Source: Gammaproteobacteria bacterium
Lineage (GTDB): Bacteria; Pseudomonadota; Gammaproteobacteria; Eutrophobiales; Eutrophobiaceae
DNA length: 64,000 nucleotides
Reading direction: 5' to 3'
Assembly (NCBI GenBank): GCA_965116495.1
Contig: OZ220696.1
Location: 160,001-224,000, forward strand
This document shows, in pieces, positions 51,077 to 60,767 of this stretch. A program made the translations under genes and the position numbers. The notes below the pieces were generated by a model. The model did not search any database, was not told the DNA's origin, and saw only the letters and a program-made list of their open reading frames with translations. Every line of letters starts with the position of its first letter. The stretch's first letter is position 1.

Positions 51077-51338
51077 TAAGGTCAGCGTGGAGTCTGTGAC
51101 TGCCTTGCTAGTATCCATTGCCGCCGTGCTTCGACAAGTCGACAAAGACCCGACTCTGTTGTTTTCCACAAGTCAGTTGGAAACACGTGTTCTTCAAGAG
51201 TTGATAGAGCAATGGCGCGATAATCCTGCTCTGTCAAAGGCGGATTATCACGTGGCACTAATGCTTCACGAGGCTTTCCGTCGGTCGCTGAACGATGAGA
51301 AGATGATTTTGTTCGATCCGAAGCCATTGAAACATTAA
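51069..51338 (+). CDS. Hypothetical 89-aa protein inside the IS
   Basis: GTG start overlaps the upstream ORF end; stops just before the right TIR. Confidence 0.5.
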   Translation: MTDKVSVESVTALLVSIAAVLRQVDKDPTLLFSTSQLETRVLQELIEQWRDNPALSKADYHVALMLHEAFRRSLNDEKMILFDPKPLKH

Positions 51339-51380
51339 ACCCTATTTCTTCGGCACTATCGTATATAATTCCCTTTGCGT

Positions 51381-52421
51381 TTAATTGTTCCCTGCATTCT
51401 GATATTCATTCCCTGTCAAGGCCAGCGCTTCACCGACTATTTCCACTCCGGCATTTATTTTGCAGGCCTTTGTGGTCAAGTGACGCCGGTACGCGCGGGC
51501 ACCATGTTGCCCATGAAATAAACCCAGTATATGGCGCGCCATGGCATATAAATTTTCGCCGTTTGCCAATTCCGCTTTCATGTAATGCATGTAGTTTTGC
51601 AGTATCTGTGTGCGTGACACTGCCACATTGTTCACGCCAAACAGATTTTTGTCTACCCCGGCCAACAGGTAAGGGTTAGTGCAGACAGCCCTGCCGAGCA
51701 TGACTCCATCAACGTGGTCCATGTGGTTGCGTGCTTCAGTCAGGCTGGTGATCCCGCCGTTGATAATGATTTCCAGCAGCGGGAAATCCTGCTTCAGGCG
51801 GTAAACCAGGTCATATTGCAAAGGCGGTACCGAGCGGTTCTGCCGGGGGCTCAGACCGTGCAGCCAGGCCTTGCGTGCATGGATGATAAATGTACCGCAC
51901 CCGGCCGTTGCAACAGTCGAAATAAACCGTCCCAGGTGTTCATAACTGTCATGGTCGTCAATACCGATACGCGTTTTAACCGTCACCGGCAAATCGGCAG
52001 CCGCGATCATGGCGCGCACGCATTCGGCGACCAGTTCAGGTTCAGCCATGAGGCAGGCGCCGAAACGTCCGGACCTGACCCGCTCGCTGGGACAACCTAC
52101 ATTCAGGTTTACTTCGTCGTAACCATAATCTGCGGCGATTTTTGCACAGCACGCCAGTTGACCGGGGTCACTGCCGCCCAACTGCATACCCAGGGGGTGT
52201 TCCACATCATTAAACCCGGCATACCTGTCCGTATCTCCGTGCAGCAGGGCACCGGTTGTCAGCATTTCAGTGTATAGCATGGAACACCTGGACAGCAGGC
52301 GCAGTAAATAACGAAAATGCCTGTCCGTATGCATCATCATCGGCGCTACGCAGAATTTCCGTTCCGGCCGGGAACGGGATGGACTGTCCCCATGGCGTGA
52401 ATTATTTAATATAGTCATCAA
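51381..52421 (-). CDS. dusA: tRNA dihydrouridine(20/20a) synthase
   Basis: VAPMM, QLGGSDP, NLNVGCPS, FIIHARKAWL, NGGI. Confidence 0.94.
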   Translation of the reverse strand: MMTILNNSRHGDSPSRSRPERKFCVAPMMMHTDRHFRYLLRLLSRCSMLYTEMLTTGALLHGDTDRYAGFNDVEHPLGMQLGGSDPGQLACCAKIAADYGYDEVNLNVGCPSERVRSGRFGACLMAEPELVAECVRAMIAAADLPVTVKTRIGIDDHDSYEHLGRFISTVATAGCGTFIIHARKAWLHGLSPRQNRSVPPLQYDLVYRLKQDFPLLEIIINGGITSLTEARNHMDHVDGVMLGRAVCTNPYLLAGVDKNLFGVNNVAVSRTQILQNYMHYMKAELANGENLYAMARHILGLFHGQHGARAYRRHLTTKACKINAGVEIVGEALALTGNEYQNAGNN

Positions 52422-53079
52422 GCAATTGGTTGGTAAACCGGGTCCGAAGGTAAAACCCCCTGGGCAGGGTCAACCCGGCTTTACCATTGGCCAACGTAGC
52501 CCGGGCCAGGCTGGCGGAACTGGCTGCCTTGGGTCTTACCTGTAAATATTCGCCGTGTTTTGCGCTGATCCTGTCAAATTCACCAAAACATATCATCTCG
52601 ATCAATTCATGCCAATCCTGTTCGAGTACCCGCGCCTGTTCCGCCGAAGGGCTCCACAGGAAGGCGTTTCCAACCCTGCTGTTGATCGGGAGGATGCCCG
52701 GGTCGGCTTCGATCGGTACCCAGAGTACCCGCTCAAGTTTATGCCTGACGGCTGAATCGGGCCAGCGCAAGCCGGCTGAGACCGTCATCGGCGTCATGCA
52801 GACGAATGTCGATTCTTTTGCCCGCCCCCGTCGATTAACGGGTATGGTTTTTAATTCTATGCCGAGTGCTTGGAAGTCCGGTTCGGGTTTCGAAGCCGCG
52901 CTGGCGCCGAGATAGCGTTCAATGAGCTGGCCGGCCCAACCTTTCGCCCCGGACCGGGATGCAGGGACGGCGATATCCAGTTCGGTAGCGAGTTGGCCGA
53001 GAGACTTTCCGGCCAGCGCGCGGCAACGGGAAAGCAACTCGGCTTCTGACTTCGGCGGCTGTGCGCTAATCTGCGTCAT
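52402..53079 (-). CDS. mutH: DNA mismatch repair endonuclease MutH
   Basis: KGWAGQLIE, PEPDF, IELKTIP, ESTFVC, LQVRPKAA, RGFYLR. Confidence 0.9.
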   Translation of the reverse strand: MTQISAQPPKSEAELLSRCRALAGKSLGQLATELDIAVPASRSGAKGWAGQLIERYLGASAASKPEPDFQALGIELKTIPVNRRGRAKESTFVCMTPMTVSAGLRWPDSAVRHKLERVLWVPIEADPGILPINSRVGNAFLWSPSAEQARVLEQDWHELIEMICFGEFDRISAKHGEYLQVRPKAASSASLARATLANGKAGLTLPRGFYLRTRFTNQLLDDYIK

Positions 53080-53099
53080 CTGCGGAAATATCAGGCGGA

Positions 53100-55733
53100 T
53101 TAATTTATATTCAGTGACATTGTAATCGTGTCGGTCAGGCACTTCAGTTTGGCGGCGTCGGTAATGACCCGGTTATTCCTGTCGGTGATATAGAAGATGT
53201 CTTCTACCCGTTCACCGTAGGTTGCGATTTTTGCCGCCTGCAGGCGCGTTCCGCAAAACTCCAGGGCAGACCCGACTGATGAGAGAAACCCGGTCCGGTC
53301 CGCTGCACTGACCTCCATGACATTGCGCTGGTTGTTATCGTCGATACTGAACTTGACACGGGTGGGAATGGAAAAATGCTGTAATCTCCTTGACCTGAGC
53401 CGTTCGGCACGTCGTATCGGACTATCCAGTGACAGCAGGTTTTGTTTGAGGGCGGTGATGACTTCTTTTTTTCGTTCCCGACCTTTTACGGTAACGCCGG
53501 ACTTCTCCAGTACGCTGAAAGTATCCAGGGTATAACCATGATTGGAATTCATGATACGGGCATCAACGACATTCAGGTCCAGCAGGTCCAGGGTGCGGGA
53601 GACCCGCGAGAATATGTTGTCATGGTCATGCATGTAAATAAACAGTGCGGTGGCGCCGCGCTCGGTCTCTTCCCGAAGCAGGATCAGGGGCAGCCGATCT
53701 GCGTTGCTTTTCATGATCGCCCGTGTGTGCCAGGCAATTTCCGTGGCAGAGTAGCGCATAAAATAGTCATCACTGAGATATGACCATATCGCTTCGGTAT
53801 CGGCGTCAGTTCCGCTTCCTTCGTTGATCACTGTCAGGGAACGGGTCTTCCTGTCTTCTATGAGTTCGTTTTTATTTATCGGGTTCTCCAGGCCGCGGTG
53901 CAGCGCAGACAGGGTTTTGTTGTACAGGTCAGCTATCAATGCCTCTTTCCAGCTGTTCCACAGGCCCGGGTTTGTCCCGTTAATATCAGCAACGGTCAAC
54001 AGGTACAGGTAATTCAGGTGAATGGTATCCCCGACTCTTTTAGCAAACTGGTTTATAACTTCCGGATCTTCGATGTCTTCTCTTTGCGCCGTTTTGGACA
54101 TCAACAGGTGATGTTCCACGAGCCAGGCGACCAGTTTTGCGTCATAATCGCTCAGGTGGTGCCTTTTACAGAACAGTTGCGCGTCGGTTGCGCCCAGGGT
54201 GGAATGATCACCGTGCCTTCCCTTGGCCATATCGTGGAACATTCCGGCAAAATAAAGTAATTCCTGTTTGGCTATCTGGTCCAGGACCTTACGGCACAGA
54301 GGGAATTTTGCCCTGTATTCATCCAGGCCAAAGCGCCGCATATTCTGGATTACAAACAGGATATGCTCGTCCACCGTATAGATATGGAACAGGTCGAATT
54401 GCATCAGTCCTTCAATTTTTGCGAATTCGGGCATGTACGCGCCGAGCACTCCATACTTGTGCATGCGTCTTAACTCATGCCCTACGCGATGCGGTTGGCG
54501 GATGATTTCCAGAAACAGGCTCTGACTTTTGATATCTTCCCTGAAGCCGTCGTCAATCAGGTTTAATGACTCCCTGATCAGTCTGACGGTACTGGCCCTG
54601 ACCCCTTTGATATTCTGGTTCTGCTGCAGTAACAGAAATATCTCAAGCAGGGCAATCGGGTATTTTTTAAAGACCTGCCGGTTCTTTACTTCGATAAAGT
54701 CATTCCTTACCTGAAAGCGTTTGTTAAGCGGCCTAATCGTTTCCCGCCGGCGTGCGTAAATAATCTCCTCCTGGAAATGTTGCAGCAGCATTTCATTCAG
54801 GCGGCTGATCTCCTTCACCGTCTGGTAGTAGATCTTCATGAATTGCTCTACGCCAGAGTTATCCTCAGTGGTGAAGCCAAATTTGCCGGCTACGTTTTTT
54901 TGGTGGTCGAATAACAACCGGTCTTCCCTTCTTCCGGAAACAACGTGCAGTGCATAACGGACGCGCCATAAAAAGTTGTGTCCCTTGTCCAGGCTGTCAT
55001 ATTCTTTCTGGGACAGGAAATTATGTTTGACCAGTTCCCTGAGCCGGTCCGCGCCGAAATGTCTTTTTGCAACCCAGCCGATCACCTGGATGTCGCGCAA
55101 TCCGCCCGGGCCTTCCTTGACATTGGGTTCCAGGTTGTTCTCGCTATCGTGGTATTTATGGTGTCGCGCTGCCTGTTCTTCCGACTTTGCAGCGAAGAAT
55201 TTTCTCGAAGGCCAGATTTTTTTGGGTCCCGTCAACCTGGACATGACTTCAAACAGGGCCGTATTACCGGCAATCAGCCTGGATTCCATGAGGTTGGTGG
55301 CAACCGTAATATCTGATTTCGCTTCGTGAACGCAGTCCTTGACTGTCCTGACGCTGTGTCCTACCTCCAGGCCCATATCCCAGAGAAAGGCGAGAAAGGA
55401 TTCAATACTGGATTTGAGGTGTTTTTGGCTGCGCGGTTTGATGAGCAACATCAGGTCCACGTCGGAAGCCGGCAGTAAATCCCCCCGCCCGTAACCGCCC
55501 ACTGCAACCAGCGCCATGGCGTCACTGTCTATATGATGATGCCACGCGTTGGTGAGTAACCGGTCGATCAACCAGGCCCGGCTGAATACAATCTCGCGAA
55601 TCGGCGTGCCGGCTTCAAACTGCCCAGTCAGGTAGTGATCACCCCGGTCCAGAGCGTGCTTATAGCAGCTTATATCGAGGGGGTCTCCGGCCAGGCTGGC
55701 TTTATCGAACAGCAAGGATTTTTCAACAGGCAT
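53100..55733 (-). CDS. glnD: [Protein-PII] uridylyltransferase
   Basis: AVGGYGRG..SDVD, KEGPGGLRD, HIYTVDEH, HDMAKG, ACT domains. Confidence 0.97.
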   Translation of the reverse strand: MPVEKSLLFDKASLAGDPLDISCYKHALDRGDHYLTGQFEAGTPIREIVFSRAWLIDRLLTNAWHHHIDSDAMALVAVGGYGRGDLLPASDVDLMLLIKPRSQKHLKSSIESFLAFLWDMGLEVGHSVRTVKDCVHEAKSDITVATNLMESRLIAGNTALFEVMSRLTGPKKIWPSRKFFAAKSEEQAARHHKYHDSENNLEPNVKEGPGGLRDIQVIGWVAKRHFGADRLRELVKHNFLSQKEYDSLDKGHNFLWRVRYALHVVSGRREDRLLFDHQKNVAGKFGFTTEDNSGVEQFMKIYYQTVKEISRLNEMLLQHFQEEIIYARRRETIRPLNKRFQVRNDFIEVKNRQVFKKYPIALLEIFLLLQQNQNIKGVRASTVRLIRESLNLIDDGFREDIKSQSLFLEIIRQPHRVGHELRRMHKYGVLGAYMPEFAKIEGLMQFDLFHIYTVDEHILFVIQNMRRFGLDEYRAKFPLCRKVLDQIAKQELLYFAGMFHDMAKGRHGDHSTLGATDAQLFCKRHHLSDYDAKLVAWLVEHHLLMSKTAQREDIEDPEVINQFAKRVGDTIHLNYLYLLTVADINGTNPGLWNSWKEALIADLYNKTLSALHRGLENPINKNELIEDRKTRSLTVINEGSGTDADTEAIWSYLSDDYFMRYSATEIAWHTRAIMKSNADRLPLILLREETERGATALFIYMHDHDNIFSRVSRTLDLLDLNVVDARIMNSNHGYTLDTFSVLEKSGVTVKGRERKKEVITALKQNLLSLDSPIRRAERLRSRRLQHFSIPTRVKFSIDDNNQRNVMEVSAADRTGFLSSVGSALEFCGTRLQAAKIATYGERVEDIFYITDRNNRVITDAAKLKCLTDTITMSLNIN

Positions 55734-55741
55734 GCCGGCGC

Positions 55742-56509
55742 TTAGAATGTTTCCTCGGGACGCCTGGTCAATACTTCAAAGCCGTCGCCGGTTACCAGGA
55801 TGGTATGTTCCCACTGTGCTGAAAGAGAATGGTCCTTGGTCACGACGGTCCAGTTGTCGGGTAGCAGTTTAACATGACGTCTGCCGGCATTAATCATGGG
55901 TTCTATGGTAAATGTCATCCCGGCCTCAAGCACCAACCCGGTGCCCGGTATGCCGTAATGCAGGACCTGCGGGTCCTCGTGAAACTGTCTGCCGATGCCG
56001 TGGCCGCAATATTCCTGCACAACCGAGAAATGTCTGGATTCGGCATAAGATTGGATAGCGTGGCCTATATCACCCAGACGCGTCCCGGGTTTGACCATGC
56101 CGATCCCCAGCACCAGGCATTCATAAGTACTGTCAACCAGTCGACGGGCACGTACTGACGGCTCGCCGACACAGAACATCTTGCTCGTGTCGCCGTGAAA
56201 CTCATCTTTTATCACGGTGATGTCTATGTTGATGATGTCGCCGTTTCTCAATCGTTTATTCCCGGGGATGCCGTGGCAGACCACGTGATTGATGGAGGTG
56301 CAGATAGACTTGGGAAAACCACGGTAGTTTAACGGCGCAGGTATTGCGTCCAGTTCTCCGGTGATGTATTCATGGCATATGCGATCGAGATCGGCGGTGG
56401 CAATGCCTGCCTTTACGTGGGGTTCCACCATGGTAAGGACTGAGGAGGCCAGGGCGCCTGCAACGCGCATTTTCTCAATCTCTTCTGCTGTTTTTAGCGA
56501 AATTGTCAT
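55742..56509 (-). CDS. map: Methionine aminopeptidase type I
   Basis: CTSINHVVCHGIP, DTS, GHGIG..FHE, EPM, AQWEHT. Confidence 0.97.
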   Translation of the reverse strand: MTISLKTAEEIEKMRVAGALASSVLTMVEPHVKAGIATADLDRICHEYITGELDAIPAPLNYRGFPKSICTSINHVVCHGIPGNKRLRNGDIINIDITVIKDEFHGDTSKMFCVGEPSVRARRLVDSTYECLVLGIGMVKPGTRLGDIGHAIQSYAESRHFSVVQEYCGHGIGRQFHEDPQVLHYGIPGTGLVLEAGMTFTIEPMINAGRRHVKLLPDNWTVVTKDHSLSAQWEHTILVTGDGFEVLTRRPEETF

Positions 56510-56590
56510 AGCATTTTCGTAGAAATATTTGTTGCTCCAGGGCATCTATGTTATAAAGCGCCTGCTGTTATGGCAAGATAACTGTTTTAA

Positions 56591-56736
56591 GGGCACCTCT
56601 AAAAATTAGAGGTGCCCGCGCAGCATAGGGATATGCTGCTATTTTTAATCACGCAAGTGATTGAAAATGAAGGAAACGGGAAATCGCATTTTTCGTTTCC
56701 GTCTCTAAAAATGCCCAGGATGGCATTTTTAGAGGT
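56591..56736. repeat. Palindromic repeat remnant (CTCTAAAAAT...ATTTTTAGAG)
   Basis: gggcacctcta/tagaggtgccc hairpin at 56591-56617 and ctctaaaaatgcc/ggcatttttagag at 56703-56734. Confidence 0.55.
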
Positions 56737-56758
56737 TACTTTAATACACTTTAAATAC

Positions 56759-56847
56759 GCACGCACATCGCAGAGCGCATATCTGGGTCCCGGCCACTGA
56801 TTCTGTAAGTCGCCGGGTGAAATGCGGGATGTGCGGAGGCTTAACCC
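56759..56847 (+). promoter_or_regulatory. rpsB (S2) leader autoregulatory RNA element
   Basis: cgcacatc...gatgtgcg closing stem, internal GGGT, ends GGAGGCTTAACCC as in gammaproteobacterial rpsB leaders. Confidence 0.7.
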
Positions 56848-56863
56848 TGTAAGGAGTATCATT

Positions 56864-58333
56864 ATGTCTGAAATCAGCATGCGAGAAATGCTGGAGGCGG
56901 GGGTCCATTTTGGTCACCAGACCCGCTATTGGAATCCCAGAATGGCCGCTTACCTGTTCGGCCACCGTAATAAAATTCATATTATCGACCTGGAGAAGAC
57001 CAAGATACTGTTCCAGGAAGCCTTGAATTTTGCCAGTAAGCTGTCGGCGAATAAAGGGACCATCCTGTTCGTTGGAACAAAACGCGCCGCGCAACAGATT
57101 ATCAAGGAAGAAGCACAGCGCTGCGCTATGCCTTATATCAACCTGCGCTGGCTAGGTGGCCTGCTGACCAATTACCAGACGGTCAAACAGTCTATTAACC
57201 GCTTGAGGGACCTGGAGGAGATGAAAACCGACGGTAGCATGGAACGCATGAGTAAAAAAGAGATCCTGCATTTTGAAAGGGAACTGGAGAAACTGGAGCG
57301 GAACCTGTCGGGCATCAAGGATATGAACGGCTGGCCGGATGCATTGTTTGTGATTGACGTAGGCTATGAGGATATCGCCGTCAGTGAAGCGGTGAAACTT
57401 AAGATACCTGTTATCGGCATCGTAGACAGCAATAACAGCCCCGTAGGCGTTGATTACGTTATACCGGGTAATGATGATGCCATACGGTCGATCAGGTTGT
57501 ACACCAAAGCCGTCGCCGACGCCATCATTACGGGCAAGGATTCCGTCGCGCACCTGGGCGAGAGAGGGGATAAGGACGAATTTGTGGAGCTTGATGCCGA
57601 GGGCGCACCGATTGTCGAGGCCAGGCCGGAAAAAGTCCAGGTCAAAAAGAAAGTCGCCAAGAAGAGAGCGAAGAAGGTGGGGGAGGCCAAAGCCGACAGT
57701 ACCAAGGAACAGAAAAGTGCTGCTCAAGTTGAGGAACAAGCGGTTGAAGCGGCAGCTGAGTTGAACAAGGAAGATGCCGAAGCTGCAGAAAAGGAAGATG
57801 CCGGAACTGCCGAGCCCGTAGAGAAGGAGGCCGGGACCGCAGAAAAGGAAGATGCCGGAACTGCCGAGCCCGTAGAGAAGGAGGCCGGGACCGCAGAAAA
57901 GGAAGATGTATCAAATCCTGAAATGCAACCAGAAGAAGCGGCCGCGTCTGATGAGGACCAAGCCCGGAAAGCCGCGACTCATAGGTTGGTCGAGATAGCA
58001 AGCCAACGGGAACAACTTATTACTTACAAGGATTTATCCGATTGGATTAAAACTGAGACTGGTATTCTAATTCCATACAGTGGTTCACAAATGTACGTAA
58101 TGCTTGACGATATCAGCAAGGCCGAGAACCAGGCAGGAAGGGGACTGTTAAGCGCTCTTGTTGTTCGCGGAAGAGAAAAGACACCTGGCCGTGGTTTTTA
58201 TAATCTTGCCAAAGGGCTGGGTAAGGATATAGGCACAACTGATGAAGAGAAAGAGGAGTTTTGGAAAAAAGAATTAGACACAGTTTATGACTCCCATACA
58301 GGCGCCACTCCCGCGCAAGCGGGAGTCCAGTAA
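56864..58333 (+). CDS. rpsB: 30S ribosomal protein S2 with long C-terminal extension and extra domain (489 aa)
   Basis: [21 protein letters not shown] core; AAGGAG RBS; no stop until 58333. Confidence 0.95.
   Translation: MSEISMREMLEAGVHFGHQTRYWNPRMAAYLFGHRNKIHIIDLEKTKILFQEALNFASKLSANKGTILFVGTKRAAQQIIKEEAQRCAMPYINLRWLGGLLTNYQTVKQSINRLRDLEEMKTDGSMERMSKKEILHFERELEKLERNLSGIKDMNGWPDALFVIDVGYEDIAVSEAVKLKIPVIGIVDSNNSPVGVDYVIPGNDDAIRSIRLYTKAVADAIITGKDSVAHLGERGDKDEFVELDAEGAPIVEARPEKVQVKKKVAKKRAKKVGEAKADSTKEQKSAAQVEEQAVEAAAELNKEDAEAAEKEDAGTAEPVEKEAGTAEKEDAGTAEPVEKEAGTAEKEDVSNPEMQPEEAAASDEDQARKAATHRLVEIASQREQLITYKDLSDWIKTETGILIPYSGSQMYVMLDDISKAENQAGRGLLSALVVRGREKTPGRGFYNLAKGLGKDIGTTDEEKEEFWKKELDTVYDSHTGATPAQAGVQ
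57785..57908 (+). repeat. 54-bp perfect in-frame tandem repeat in the rpsB linker (2.3 copies)
   Basis: Unit encodes [18 protein letters not shown]; copies at 57785-57838 and 57839-57892, partial copy to 57908. Confidence 0.92.
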
Positions 58334-58393
58334 GATTAAGAGTCGCCTGCGGGGACACAATATTCCAATGGATTCCCGCTTGCGCGGGAGTGG
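58305..58393. repeat. REP-like palindromic doublet overlapping the rpsB stop
   Basis: ccactcccgcgcaagcgggagtcca / tggattcccgcctgcgcgggagtgg. Confidence 0.8.
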
Positions 58394-58483
58394 GGATAGC
58401 AGGGGATTTCCGCAACGAGTAACGGTGGACAGACTTGAGGTCTATCCCCAGGTAACCGAAGTCAAATAGGATTGAGAAAGATT

Positions 58484-59377
58484 ATGCAAATTTCTGCATC
58501 GATGGTAAAAGAATTGAGGGATAGAACCGGGGCCGGGATGATGGATTGTAAAAAGGCATTACAGGAAACCGCTGGCGATATTGAAGCTGCAATTGATGCG
58601 ATGCGAAAATCCGGTATAGCCAAAGCGGCAAAAAAAGCAGGGCGTATCGCGGCTGAGGGTACAATAGTGATTCAACCGGATCATGCCGGCAACCAGGCGG
58701 TGATACTGGAAGTGAATTGTGAAACTGACTTCGTCGCCAAGGATGAAAACTTCCAGGATTTTTCCCGGCAGCTTGCAACCGTGCTCCTGGATCAATGCAA
58801 CGGATCAACGGATGGTCTGGAAGACCTGCCGTTAAACACAATGCAATCCGGGACGGTGGAGGAAGCCAGACTGCAATTGGTGACAAAGCTGGGAGAAAAT
58901 ATCAGTGTTCGCCGCTATGCCCGGATCAATAAAACAACCGGTGGCGCCCTGGGTATCTATGTGCACGGCATCAGGATAGGTGTAATTGTGGATTTGTCTA
59001 CGGATAATCCCGTGCTGGCGAAAGACCTCGCCATGCATATCGCGGCGGCCAACCCGTTATGCGTGGATGAACAGGATGTCCCGCAAGAGGTGTTGGAGAA
59101 GGAACGGGAAATCCAACTCGCCCAGGCAAGACAATCCGGAAAACCCGATGAAATTGTCGAGAAAATGGTAAGCGGCAGGATGAAGAAGTTTTTGCGGGAA
59201 AACACCTTGTCGGGGCAGGCATTCGTCAAGGACCCCGATATCACCGTTGCCGCCCTGTTAAAGGCAAATAATGCGTCAGTGAAGGGTTTTATCAGGTATG
59301 AGGTGGGTGAGGGGATCGAAAAGAAAGTGGATAACTTTGCGGCAGAAGTCATGCAACAGGCCGGATTGACCAAGTAG
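58484..59377 (+). CDS. tsf: Elongation factor Ts
   Basis: [35 protein letters not shown]. Confidence 0.98.
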   Translation: MQISASMVKELRDRTGAGMMDCKKALQETAGDIEAAIDAMRKSGIAKAAKKAGRIAAEGTIVIQPDHAGNQAVILEVNCETDFVAKDENFQDFSRQLATVLLDQCNGSTDGLEDLPLNTMQSGTVEEARLQLVTKLGENISVRRYARINKTTGGALGIYVHGIRIGVIVDLSTDNPVLAKDLAMHIAAANPLCVDEQDVPQEVLEKEREIQLAQARQSGKPDEIVEKMVSGRMKKFLRENTLSGQAFVKDPDITVAALLKANNASVKGFIRYEVGEGIEKKVDNFAAEVMQQAGLTK

Positions 59378-59384
59378 GTGTCCC

Positions 59385-60116
59385 TTGCCTAAAGTTCCGG
59401 AACTGCATTATCGAAGAATTTTAATAAAGCTGAGCGGCGAAGCGTTAGTGGGCGAAGCCGCATACGGGATTGATCCTGCAACGATAAAGCGGCTGGCGAA
59501 CGAGATTCGCGAATTGGGTCTGAATGGCGCAGAAATAGCCCTCGTTCTGGGTGCGGGAAATTTTTTCAGGGGATCGGGTCTTGCCGCTGCGGGGATCGAT
59601 CGGGTAACGGCAGACCATATGGGTATGCTGGCTACCATTATGAACTCTCTCGCCTTGCAGGATGCCCTGGAGCAACTCGGTTCCTTTGCCAGGGTGATGT
59701 CGGCAATTGAAATCAACGAAGTCTGTGAAGATTACATCAGGCGGCGGGCAGTGCGTCACCTGGAAAAAGGCCGCGTGGTGATTTTTGCTGCCGGTACGGG
59801 AAACCCTTTTTTTACCACGGATTCAGCTGCAAGTCTGAGAGCCGTCGAGATCAATGCCGACCTGTTAATCAAGGCAACCAAGGTGGACGGAATTTATTCC
59901 GCAGATCCGGTCCGGGATAAATCGGCAATAAGGTATGACATTTTGAGTTATGATGAAGTTATCGAGCGAAAGCTTGCAGTTATGGATACGACTGCCATCG
60001 TGTTGTGCCGGGAAAATCACATGCCTCTTCGAGTATTGAATATGATGCAGCCCGGCGCCTTGTTGCGGACCGCCAGGGGTATGCCGGAAGGTACACTTGT
60101 GACCGGAAATGTTTAG
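59385..60116 (+). CDS. pyrH: UMP kinase
   Basis: [23 protein letters not shown]. Confidence 0.97.
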   Translation: MPKVPELHYRRILIKLSGEALVGEAAYGIDPATIKRLANEIRELGLNGAEIALVLGAGNFFRGSGLAAAGIDRVTADHMGMLATIMNSLALQDALEQLGSFARVMSAIEINEVCEDYIRRRAVRHLEKGRVVIFAAGTGNPFFTTDSAASLRAVEINADLLIKATKVDGIYSADPVRDKSAIRYDILSYDEVIERKLAVMDTTAIVLCRENHMPLRVLNMMQPGALLRTARGMPEGTLVTGNV

Positions 60117-60178
60117 CCACAAAGAGCACTCGGTATAACGGGTGGCGCCAGGTAGTTTCACGTTCTTGGAGAATCATC

Positions 60179-60736
60179 ATGATTGAAGAAATTCTCAAAG
60201 ATGCTGATGAGCGCATGAATAAAACGCTCAAGGCATTACGCAATGAACTTTCAAAGATTCGTACCGGAAGAGCCCACACAAGTCTGTTGGAACATATCAG
60301 CGTTAACTACTATGGAAGCCAGGTTCCGTTAAACCAGGCAGCCAATATCAACGTCCTGGATGCCCGTACGCTGGGCGTGACGCCGTGGGATAAGAGCTTG
60401 GTTGGCGACATTGAGAAGGCGATACTGAATTCTGACCTGGGGTTGAACCCGGTGACTACCGGTACTGTAATGCGTGTCCCCCTGCCCGCGTTGACACAGG
60501 AGCGCAGGAAGGAATTGACGCGGGTCGTCCGGTCGGAAGCGGAGAAAGCCAGGGTATCCATCCGCAATATCCGCCGAGACGCAAACCATCACTTAAAGGA
60601 ATTGTTGAAGGAAAAGCTCATTACTGAAGATGAAGACAGAAGACAGGAAGACAAAATCCAGAAGATCACCGATGTGCATATAAAGGACGTTGATAGTATC
60701 CTCGAGGATAAAGAGATGGAGCTGATGGAGATCTAG
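60179..60736 (+). CDS. frr: Ribosome recycling factor
   Basis: [19 protein letters not shown]; GGAG RBS before ATG at 60179. Confidence 0.97.
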   Translation: MIEEILKDADERMNKTLKALRNELSKIRTGRAHTSLLEHISVNYYGSQVPLNQAANINVLDARTLGVTPWDKSLVGDIEKAILNSDLGLNPVTTGTVMRVPLPALTQERRKELTRVVRSEAEKARVSIRNIRRDANHHLKELLKEKLITEDEDRRQEDKIQKITDVHIKDVDSILEDKEMELMEI

Positions 60737-60767
60737 CATCGTATCAACTGGCGCTATATCCGGGCTG

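Larger units (their letters stand above)
47383..51373 (+). mobile_element. IS1595-family transporter IS carrying TA and restriction-modification passenger genes
   Basis: Perfect 24-bp TIRs GGGAATTATATACGATAGTGCCGA (47383-47406) and TCGGCACTATCGTATATAATTCCC (51350-51373); 8-bp direct repeat TTTGCGTT at 47375-47382 and 51374-51381; internal IS1595 transposase. Confidence 0.93.

Noticed and set aside
51374-52421. dusA-associated integrative island
   Set aside because: Those elements use a tyrosine integrase at the dusA 5' region; here a DDE IS with a TSD sits at the 3' end.
52402-53079. Sau3AI-like restriction enzyme instead of MutH
   Set aside because: Single-domain length and MutH-specific motifs, with no adjacent cognate methyltransferase.
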